Assembly: GCA_963747935.1 (NCBI GenBank)
Contig: CAVVGY010000010.1
Coordinates: forward strand, 3,783 to 67,782
Source of the DNA: an uncultured Thermoleophilia bacterium
GTDB taxonomy: Bacteria > Actinomycetota > Thermoleophilia > UBA2241
DNA length: 64,000 bases
Reading direction: 5' to 3'
Of the stretch, positions 57,370 to 64,000 are shown piece by piece (the first letter of the stretch is position 1; the number at the start of each line of letters is the position of its first letter). Both the position numbers and the translations under genes were made by a program. The notes under the pieces were generated by a model. That model ran no database searches. It was not told the origin of the DNA and worked only from the letters and a program-made list of their open reading frames with translations.

Positions 57370-58002
57370 TCAATCGCCGTTGCCGAGCGGCGGGCGCGGG
57401 TCGCGCCGCCGGTCTTCGCCATCGGTCCCCGTGGGGCCGAGGTCCGCTCCCTCGTGGTCCGTCTCGAACTGCCGCTCCTTCGCCGCCTGCCACAGGAACA
57501 GGGCCAGCGCGGCGATGACGGCGGCGGACGCCAGCCCGGGCGCCAGCAAGTCGCTGGTGCCGTCCCACGTGAGCGCCATCCCCAGGAAGATGACGGCGAT
57601 GGCGACGACGACGACTCCGGCGAGCAGTTCCTTGAGGTGTCCAAGGTCGTGGATGCGCAGCCATGCCGGCATCGGGATGCGGTCGTCGACGAACAGGCTG
57701 TAGAGGCCGAGCGCGAGCACGTAGAGCACCGTGGCGAGCAACGCGTAGTCGGCCTGCTTGATCAGCTTGCCGATCATCTCGTTCTGCGAGAGGCCGCCCT
57801 TCTGCGCGGTGTCCAGGATCGTCTTCACGGTCACGATGATCGTCGACACCATCACGGCCATGAACGCCAGGAACAGGCTCAGGGTCGCGATCAGGACGAA
57901 GAAGCGGCTGGACGCCACCATGCGGCCGACGAGCGCCGACGGCCGCCGGGTGTGGTCATGTTCCGGAGCCGACTCGCTCCGCCGCGACGCCTGGTCCGCC
58001 AC
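57370..58002 (-). CDS. YqhA-family (UPF0114) membrane protein
   Basis: SSRFFVLIATLSLFLAFMAV... LIKQADYALLATVLYVLALGLYSLFV... LKELLAGVVVVAIAVIFL. Confidence 0.7.
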   Translation of the reverse strand: MADQASRRSESAPEHDHTRRPSALVGRMVASSRFFVLIATLSLFLAFMAVMVSTIIVTVKTILDTAQKGGLSQNEMIGKLIKQADYALLATVLYVLALGLYSLFVDDRIPMPAWLRIHDLGHLKELLAGVVVVAIAVIFLGMALTWDGTSDLLAPGLASAAVIAALALFLWQAAKERQFETDHEGADLGPTGTDGEDRRRDPRPPLGNGD

Positions 58003-58003
58003 G

Positions 58004-58591
58004 TCAGGCCTTCAGCGCGCGCCGCAGCGCGAGCGCCTGGACGATCGCGCCGATGCCGAACAGGAGCGCCGCGAGGCCGACCAGGATCATGAGGATGGCG
58101 ACCGTGGGGCCGGGCCAGATGATGAACACGAGGCCGATGATCGCCACGATGGCCCCGAACCCGACCACCGCGCCGTACCCCTCGCCACGGGCGGCGATGG
58201 CGGCCACGGCCAGCGAGATGCCGCTGATCAGGAACGCGAGGCCGATGATGATCGCCACGGTCTTGACCGAGGCCTCGGGCCAGGCGATGAGCGCGACGCC
58301 GGCGATGATGGCGATGACGCCGGCGATGATGCGGCCCGTCTTGCCGCCGCCGCCGAGGAAGAACTGCAGGATGCCCGCGAACAGCAGGAACAGCCCGGCG
58401 AAGATGGCCACGAGGTGCACGCTGCCCCAGATGTTGGCCAGCACCAGGATGCCGAACACGACGGCGACGATGCCGACCGCCAGCACGAGGCCCCACGCGC
58501 CGCTTGCGGCCTTGCGCCCGTCCACCACCACGACGGTCTCGTTGACGACCTCGGGCTTGCTGGGCCGCGGGCCGTTGTCGTAGTCACTCAT
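58004..58591 (-). CDS. HdeD-family (DUF308) membrane protein
   Basis: Repeated G-rich helices: WGLVLAVGIVAVVFGILVLANIW, FAGLFLLFAGILQFFLG and IAGVIAIIAGVALIAWP. Its stop lies 1 nt before the yqhA-like start. Confidence 0.7.
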   Translation of the reverse strand: MSDYDNGPRPSKPEVVNETVVVVDGRKAASGAWGLVLAVGIVAVVFGILVLANIWGSVHLVAIFAGLFLLFAGILQFFLGGGGKTGRIIAGVIAIIAGVALIAWPEASVKTVAIIIGLAFLISGISLAVAAIAARGEGYGAVVGFGAIVAIIGLVFIIWPGPTVAILMILVGLAALLFGIGAIVQALALRRALKA

Positions 58592-58636
58592 GTGAACCCC
58601 CTTGTCGCGCGGCCGCCTCAGCCGCCCGTCGAAAGT

Positions 58637-59101
58637 CTACTCTCCGAGCACCTTGATGATCAGCCGCTTGGAGCGCCGGCCGTCGAACTCGCAGTAGAAG
58701 ACGGCCTGCCACGGCCCGAGGTCGAGACGGCCCTCCGTGACCGGCACGATCACCTGATGGTGCACGAGCAGGTTCTTGAGGTGCGCGTCGCCGTTGTCCT
58801 CGTAGCCGCCGCGGTGATGCCTGTAGTCGCCGCCGTCGGGGAGCAGTTGCCGGGCCACGTCGTCGGCCGGCGGCTTCCAGGACGGCGGCGCCAGCTTGTC
58901 GAGCCACTCGAGGGCGTCCTCCTGGATGCCGGGCTCGTCGTCGTTGATCCACACTGCGGCCGTGATGTGCATGGCCGCGACCAGAGCCATCCCCTCCTGG
59001 ATGCCGCTGTCGTCAACGGCCGCCTGCACGTCCTCGGTGATGCGCACGAACGCGCGGCGCTCGGGGACCTTGAAGGTCTTGTACACCGTGTGCGCCTTCA
59101 C
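58637..59101 (-). CDS. YjbQ-family (UPF0047, secondary thiamine-phosphate synthase) protein
   Basis: [88 protein letters not shown] start at 59101. Confidence 0.8.
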   Translation of the reverse strand: MKAHTVYKTFKVPERRAFVRITEDVQAAVDDSGIQEGMALVAAMHITAAVWINDDEPGIQEDALEWLDKLAPPSWKPPADDVARQLLPDGGDYRHHRGGYEDNGDAHLKNLLVHHQVIVPVTEGRLDLGPWQAVFYCEFDGRRSKRLIIKVLGE

Positions 59102-59133
59102 GCGGCCTCCTCGCGTCTCCAGCGTGCAAAGCC

Positions 59134-59658
59134 TCAGGCCTCGTCGTCCACGCGGCGGGCGATGCGGATGAACCGCACGTCGAGCCCGGACGGGCCGCTC
59201 TCGACGATGGCCACGGTCGGGTCGTCGTCCTCGTAGTGGGGCGCACTGGCGGAGCCCGGGTTGAGGTACAACGTCCCGTCGACCCACTCCACCGCGGGCA
59301 GGTGGTCGTGCCCGCACACGATGAGATCGGGCATCTCATGCTTGCCGACGCCCTCGATCTTGCCGTTCGCGAGACGCTTGAGCAGCCGCTTGCGCTTGTG
59401 CCCGACGATGAACCGGACACCGCCGACCTTGCCGGCGACCTCCTTCGGCAGCTTGCCGAGCTTGCCGTCGTCCATGTTGCCGGCGACGGCTGTGACCGGG
59501 GCGACGGCGGCGAGCGCCTCGAGGGTCGCGGCGTCCATGATGTCGCCGGCGTGGATGATGTGGTCGACGCCGGCGAACTCCTCGAGCACCCGGGGCTCGA
59601 GGTAGCCGTGCGTGTCGGAGATCACTCCGATGCGCACGCTCTTGCTCGACTTGACCAT
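59134..59658 (-). CDS. Metallophosphoesterase, YfcE/MJ0936 family
   Basis: [28 protein letters not shown]. Confidence 0.85.
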   Translation of the reverse strand: MVKSSKSVRIGVISDTHGYLEPRVLEEFAGVDHIIHAGDIMDAATLEALAAVAPVTAVAGNMDDGKLGKLPKEVAGKVGGVRFIVGHKRKRLLKRLANGKIEGVGKHEMPDLIVCGHDHLPAVEWVDGTLYLNPGSASAPHYEDDDPTVAIVESGPSGLDVRFIRIARRVDDEA

Positions 59659-59844
59659 GATCGTCCTCCGACTCGGGTGGTGGACGCCATCATCCCATCA
59701 GGCCTGCCCTCGACGCCAGCATCTCCCCGTAAGTGCACGCCGCGGGATCCTGATGGCAGAGCGGAGACTGGCCGCCGCCGGGCCGGGGTACGCTCGCCCT
59801 GAGCGCGGCGGCTCCGCGCGTACTTCCAGATCGGGAGGACCACG

Positions 59845-61530
59845 ATGGCGACACGGGCGGCGAAGGACAAGGCGACGGGCAAAGCCGCGACGGCGAAGAC
59901 CAGGACCACTGAGAAAGCGAAAGCCGCGAAGGCGAAGAGCACGGCGCCGGCCAGGGCTGCGGCCAGGGCGAAGCCGGGGCCGGCGGCCAAGGCGGCGGAG
60001 AGCAAGACAGCCAAGGCTGTCGCACCAGAAGCCCCCATCAGGATCGAACCGGCCGACGCCGGCTGGGTGCCGGCTCGGCACGCGGAGCCGGGGGCGAAGG
60101 CCGCACGGTCAAAGCCGGCGATCGGGGTCACCGCGGCGACGCCCGCCGGGCTGCGTCGCCGCCGCCGCTCGTCGCGCGAGGAGCGCGCGGCGGCGGGCAA
60201 GGCGCAGCGCCAGACGGTACCGCTGGAGGCGCTCGGCGCGTTCGAGCCGACTGACGAGCGCCGCGACCCGGTCGCGATCCTGGAGCGGCAGGAGAAGGAC
60301 CGGCTCCAGTTCCTCCTGCCGATCCGCCACGCGCGCATGCTCCAGAACGCGTTCGGCTTCTACCGCGGCGCGCCGGCGATCATGGCAGCGGACCTGGGCG
60401 CCGGCCTGCGCACCGAGCTCGAGGTGCAGCTCTGCGGCGACGCCCATCTCCTCAACTTCGGCGTGTACGGCTCGCCGGAACGCTCGCTCGTCTTCGACAT
60501 CAACGACTTCGACGAGACCCTGCCCGGCCCGTTCGAGTGGGACGTCAAGCGGCTCATCGCGAGTCTGGTGGTCGCCGCCCGCCAGAACGGCTTCAGCGCC
60601 AAGAGGGCGCGCGCGATCGCCCTCGCAAGCGCGCGCGCCTACCGGACCTTCATCCGCCGGTTCGCCGAGCTGGACACGCTCGCCATCTGGTACACCCAGC
60701 TCGGCGTGGACCGCATCCTCGCCAGCATCCACGACCCGGTGCTGCGCGCCGACGCGGCGAGGACCGCCACCAAGGCGACGAGCCGGGACAGCGCCCAGGC
60801 GGCGGCGAAGCTCAGCACAGTGGTGGACGGCGCGCGGAAGATCACCAACGCGCCGCCGCTGATCATCTCGCTCAGCGACGTGCCGTTCGGACTGCTGCCC
60901 AAGGATATCGAGCGCTCGACCAGGATGAACTACGACACGTACCGGCGGTCACTCCGCACGGACGTCAAGATGCTCGTGGACCGCTACCGCTTCGACGACG
61001 TCGCGCTCAAGGTGGTCGGGGTCGGCTCCGTCGGCACGCGCTGCTTCATCGCGGCGCTCAGCGGCCACGACGCCGACGACGTGCTCTTCCTGCAGGTCAA
61101 GGAGGCAGGGCGCTCGGTGCTCGAGCCCTACCTCCGGAGGAGCCGCTACAAGCACCAGGGGGAGCGCGTCGTGACCGGGCAGCGGCTCACGCAGTCGGCC
61201 AGCGACATCTTCCTCGGCTGGAGCCACGGCCCCGCCGGCGGCGACTTCTACTGGCGCCAACTGCGTGACTGGAAGGGGTCGGTGGACACCACAACCATGG
61301 ACCTGGCGCACCTGTTGGCTTACGGAGAACTGTGCGCCTGGACGCTGGCGAAGGGACACGCGCGCTCGGGCGACCCGGTGGCCATCGGCTCGTACCTGGG
61401 CAAGAAGGACCGCTTCGACGTAGCTCTGGCCGACTTCGCGGAGAAGTACGCGGACCAGAACGAGGCGGACTACGCGGCCCTGAAGCAAGCGGCCGAGGAC
61501 GGTCACCTGGAGGTGGCCGAGGTCTTCTAG
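59845..61530 (+). CDS. DUF2252-family protein with a ~100-aa Lys/Ala-rich N-terminal extension
   Basis: Core: DPVAILERQEKDRLQFLLPIRHARMLQNAFGFYRGAPAIMAADL, VQLCGDAHLLNFGVYGSPERSLVFDINDFDETLPGPFEWDVKRL. N-terminus: MATRAAKDKATGKAATAKTRTTEKAKAAKAKSTAPARAAARAKPGPAAKAAESKTAKA. A GGGAGG box lies upstream. Confidence 0.85.
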   Translation: MATRAAKDKATGKAATAKTRTTEKAKAAKAKSTAPARAAARAKPGPAAKAAESKTAKAVAPEAPIRIEPADAGWVPARHAEPGAKAARSKPAIGVTAATPAGLRRRRRSSREERAAAGKAQRQTVPLEALGAFEPTDERRDPVAILERQEKDRLQFLLPIRHARMLQNAFGFYRGAPAIMAADLGAGLRTELEVQLCGDAHLLNFGVYGSPERSLVFDINDFDETLPGPFEWDVKRLIASLVVAARQNGFSAKRARAIALASARAYRTFIRRFAELDTLAIWYTQLGVDRILASIHDPVLRADAARTATKATSRDSAQAAAKLSTVVDGARKITNAPPLIISLSDVPFGLLPKDIERSTRMNYDTYRRSLRTDVKMLVDRYRFDDVALKVVGVGSVGTRCFIAALSGHDADDVLFLQVKEAGRSVLEPYLRRSRYKHQGERVVTGQRLTQSASDIFLGWSHGPAGGDFYWRQLRDWKGSVDTTTMDLAHLLAYGELCAWTLAKGHARSGDPVAIGSYLGKKDRFDVALADFAEKYADQNEADYAALKQAAEDGHLEVAEVF

Positions 61531-61555
61531 CCGCCGAGGATCGTCGAGCCGCCGG

Positions 61556-62503
61556 TCAGAGGATGCCGCCCGGCACCCCGGGCCCGGACATCTCGGCCGG
61601 GTCGTCGGGGTGGAGCGACGGCGCAGGCCAGCCGTGCTCCGAGTGCCCGGCGTGCCCGGCGAGCGTCTCTTCCACGGAGAGCGCCTCGCCGGGTCGCAGC
61701 AGCACGGTGTGCACGTCCGGCTCCAGGTCGGCCGCCTGCGCCATGAAGAGGAACGGCGCCCGGCGGTGGAAGTCCGGACCGAAGCGGAAGAACGCCGTGC
61801 CGGGCAGGTGGTAGGTGCCCCAGTGGATGGGCACGACGAGCCTGGGGCGCAGGAGTTCCATCGCCATCACTGCGTGTCGCGGGCTCATGTGCTTGAACTC
61901 CGGCATGAGCGGGCCGATGCCGGCGATGGGCAGCAGGGCGAGGTCCAGACGCTCGGGCCAGATGTCCCCGATGCCCGAGAAGAATCCCGTGTCGCCGGCG
62001 AAGTACACGCTGTGGGACCCCGAGACGACGTAGCCGAGGCTCGGGGTCCTCGCCGCCAGCGGATGCCTGGTACCGCGGTGCTTCGCCTCAGTCGCGACGA
62101 TCTCCACCGGGCCGAGCCGCAGGCGGTCGCCCGGGCTCACCTCGTGGATGTCGGTGAACCCGCGCCAGCGCAGCGAGAGGCCGGCGCCGACCGGCGCCAC
62201 GACGGGCGTGTCGCGGCGGAAGAGGCGGAGCGAGCGCGGGTCGTAGTGGTCGAGGTGCAGGTGCGAGATCAGCACCGCATCCGGGTCGGCGAGCGGCTCG
62301 GTGAGCGGCTGCGGTACGCGGCGGTACAGCGGGCCGACGAGCCGCCGCAGCACCGGGTCGGTGACGATGCGCAGGCCGTCGACCTCGATGATGGTCGACG
62401 CGTGACCGAGGAAGCTGACGCGCGTGCCGGGCGCGAGCGCCCGTGCGCGCGCCGGCCGAGGCTGGATCTCCGAGGTCGTGTGCAGGTCCTCCATGGTGCT
62501 CAT
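61556..62503 (-). CDS. MBL-fold metallo-hydrolase
   Basis: ISHLHLDHYD (HxHxDH), YFAGDTG, VPIHWGTY. Confidence 0.85.
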   Translation of the reverse strand: MSTMEDLHTTSEIQPRPARARALAPGTRVSFLGHASTIIEVDGLRIVTDPVLRRLVGPLYRRVPQPLTEPLADPDAVLISHLHLDHYDPRSLRLFRRDTPVVAPVGAGLSLRWRGFTDIHEVSPGDRLRLGPVEIVATEAKHRGTRHPLAARTPSLGYVVSGSHSVYFAGDTGFFSGIGDIWPERLDLALLPIAGIGPLMPEFKHMSPRHAVMAMELLRPRLVVPIHWGTYHLPGTAFFRFGPDFHRRAPFLFMAQAADLEPDVHTVLLRPGEALSVEETLAGHAGHSEHGWPAPSLHPDDPAEMSGPGVPGGIL

Positions 62504-62708
62504 TGTACGGTCGCCGCGAGCCTCCCGCTCCAAACCAACGCTCTCCGGTGATTCACGTACGTGGGTCGTGGGCAGGACCCCCGCGGCCAGACCAGCGGCA
62601 CGGGGCCGTCGCCATGGGGCAGCGGCTGAATGAGCCCTCGCAGCGAAGACTGGAGAACGCCGGACGCCATCGTGCCTCCGTCCCATTCCTGACCCGGAGC
62701 GCCGGATT

Positions 62709-62726
62709 CCACTGTCTTGACAGTGG
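62709..62726. promoter_or_regulatory. Perfect 8+8 palindrome (operator candidate) 52 bp upstream of the START-like ORF
   Basis: CCACTGTC-TT-GACAGTGG at 62709-62726. It extends imperfectly to GATTCCACTGTCTTGACAGTGGGTATC (62705-62731) and contains a TTGACA hexamer (62717-62722). Confidence 0.35.
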
Positions 62727-62777
62727 GTATCGTCAGCCGCGAGCGGGCTACTTTCAGGGGAGAGGAACGGAGGCACG

Positions 62778-63209
62778 ATGGCCACCATCCAACAGCAGAT
62801 CGAGGTAGCCGCAGACCCCGCGCAGGTACGCGCCACGTGGGGACGCTTCATCGAGTGGGCGCACACAGGACCCGGCCACCTCGTCTGTGACGAGCTGGCC
62901 TGCGTGGACGCGGTGCGGTCGGGGCTCGTCCAGTTCGCGCCGGCGCAGTTCGGCCGGACCACCGTCATCTTCCTCCTGGAGGAGACGGAGGGCGGTCCGC
63001 CGGCGGACGAACTCAAGCGTCAGATCGGGCACGACCTCGTGGTGTTCAAGGACTACGTGGAGCGCAGCGGCCTCACCGGGCGCAAGCACACCGACACGGA
63101 GAGAGCGGCGTTCGAGATGGAATCGGATCGCAAGGGCGACGCTCCGCGCCACAAGCGCCTGAGCAGCGAGGAGGACACCACGTTCTGGCGCAGCCACTTC
63201 CCCACGTGA
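62778..63209 (+). CDS. Small hypothetical protein, possibly SRPBCC/START-like
   Basis: Intact 143 aa with GGAGG 6 nt upstream. The N-terminus MATIQQQIEVAADPAQVRATWGRFIEW resembles cyclase/dehydrase-type openings. The functional call is weak. Confidence 0.45.
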   Translation: MATIQQQIEVAADPAQVRATWGRFIEWAHTGPGHLVCDELACVDAVRSGLVQFAPAQFGRTTVIFLLEETEGGPPADELKRQIGHDLVVFKDYVERSGLTGRKHTDTERAAFEMESDRKGDAPRHKRLSSEEDTTFWRSHFPT

Positions 63210-63219
63210 CCGGACTCGT

Positions 63220-64000
63220 TTGAGCCCGGTCGCGCAGGGCGACGCGCAGGGGAGCGGGCGGCCTCGGCCGCCCGCCGCTCTGCGCGTCGCGTCGTTCAAC
63301 ATCCGCACCGGGACCAAGCCCGACGGCCGGCACGCCTGGCCGCTGCGGGTCGGCGCGTGCGCCGCCGCCATCGCCGGCCTCGACGCCGACGTGATCGGCC
63401 TCCAGGAGGTCCGGCTCTTCCAGGAGCGGGGGCTTGCGCGCCGGCTGCCCGGCTACGCCGGCGCCGGCGCCGGCCGCGGCGACGGTCGTGGACGCGGCGA
63501 GCGGTGCACGGTCGTCTACCGCACCGCCCGCCTCCAACTCCGGGAGTGGACGGTGCGCTGGCTGTCCGACACGCCGTGGCTGCCCGCCTCGCGCTCGTGG
63601 GGCAACCCCATCCCTCGCATCGTCACGCTGTGCCGCTTCTCCGACCTGCTCACCGGCGAACGCTTCGGGATCGCCGATACGCACTGGGACGGCGCCTCGG
63701 CCGTCTCGCGGCAGCGCAGCGCCGAGGCGCTCCTCTCGTGGCTCGACCCTTCGCTCCCCTGGCTGGTCGTGGGCGACCTCAACGCGACGGCCGGCGACCC
63801 TGCCGTGGAGGCCCTGGTCGCCGGCGGACTGACCGACACGCTCGCGCACCTCGGTCCCCGAGGCTCCGGGGCCGGCACCCACCACCATTGGGACGGCTCC
63901 AGCGACGACACACGCATCGACTACGTGCTCGCCGGCCCGCGCTGGGAGGTGCTGGGCACCCGCGTCGACCACACCCGCCCCGGCGGGCGCCTGCCGTCCG
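63220..64000 (+). CDS. Endonuclease/exonuclease/phosphatase (EEP) family protein; 3' end lies outside the window
   Basis: The open frame runs off the window edge, so it is not in the ORF track. LRVASFNIRTG, DVIGLQEV, WLVVGDLNAT, RIDYVL. The start is uncertain; the TTG at 63220 is the only nearby candidate. Confidence 0.7.
   Translation, partial: MSPVAQGDAQGSGRPRPPAALRVASFNIRTGTKPDGRHAWPLRVGACAAAIAGLDADVIGLQEVRLFQERGLARRLPGYAGAGAGRGDGRGRGERCTVVYRTARLQLREWTVRWLSDTPWLPASRSWGNPIPRIVTLCRFSDLLTGERFGIADTHWDGASAVSRQRSAEALLSWLDPSLPWLVVGDLNATAGDPAVEALVAGGLTDTLAHLGPRGSGAGTHHHWDGSSDDTRIDYVLAGPRWEVLGTRVDHTRPGGRLPS

Noticed and set aside
1-64000. Mobile elements, prophage, defence islands (restriction-modification, CRISPR-Cas, toxin-antitoxin, abortive infection)
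   Set aside because: No transposase, integrase, recombinase, nuclease-helicase or toxin-like ORF was recognised in any frame. GC content and codon bias look uniform apart from short promoter patches, so there is no sign of horizontally acquired DNA.

Overview
Very GC-rich, gene-dense bacterial chromosomal segment with strong GC3 codon bias and many 4-nt start/stop overlaps. By gene content it looks Actinomycetota-like (possibly Thermoleophilia/Rubrobacteria-type), but that placement is only an inference. I can support about 60 protein-coding genes. I recognise no rRNA, tRNA, CRISPR array, transposase, integrase or phage gene. Main content by position: (1) 0-3 kb, class A PBP and a DUF2079 membrane protein. 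(2) 3-10 kb, minus strand, iorA-iorB-ACT-paaK, then a tungsten-type aldehyde:ferredoxin oxidoreductase and a class II aldolase. (3) 10-12.5 kb, degenerate GGDEF membrane protein, small ORF, Roadblock/LC7 and a UDG-superfamily gene. (4) 12.7-16.6 kb, a tightly overlapped rhomboid-PHP-lipid kinase-MttB chain. (5) 16.7-18.9 kb, MarR plus a DHA2 MFS exporter. (6) 19-27 kb, LuxR-type response regulator, TlpA-CcdA-FAD/FeS oxidase, FmdB, GalE and Rrf2. (7) 27-32.7 kb, TPR protein, PncA-PncB, and a catalytically degenerate CbiA/CobB-like gene coupled to a large membrane protein. (8) 32.8-37 kb, histidine kinase, CheY-like regulator, a Cys-rich peptide and a GGDEF protein. (9) 37-44.8 kb, DUF885, BlaI, MarR plus FAD oxidoreductase, TauE plus DUF1634, ArfB, EamA and AlkA. 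(10) 44.9-55.7 kb, an envelope island with two tandem MBOAT-SGNH pairs and a third SGNH paralog. (11) 55.8-64 kb, K+ channel, PsiE, YqhA, HdeD, YjbQ, YfcE, DUF2252, MBL hydrolase, a small START-like ORF and an EEP nuclease. A dominant property of the window is that many genes between nt 1 and about 42.3 kb need single-base frame hops to be read, while 42.3-64 kb is essentially clean. I label the frame-broken genes as pseudogene (as assembled), but I suspect consensus errors, and their coordinates are approximate to a few nt at broken ends. Best leads: the tandem MBOAT-SGNH modules; the dead CbiA-like protein coupled to a membrane protein; two small ORFs sharing a DRR[VI]GERR...DRRT module next to response regulators; the non-Pyl MttB locked into a rhomboid/PHP/lipid-kinase operon; the oxygen-sensitive IOR/AOR aryl-acid operon; and a DUF2252 protein with a histone-tail-like N-terminus.
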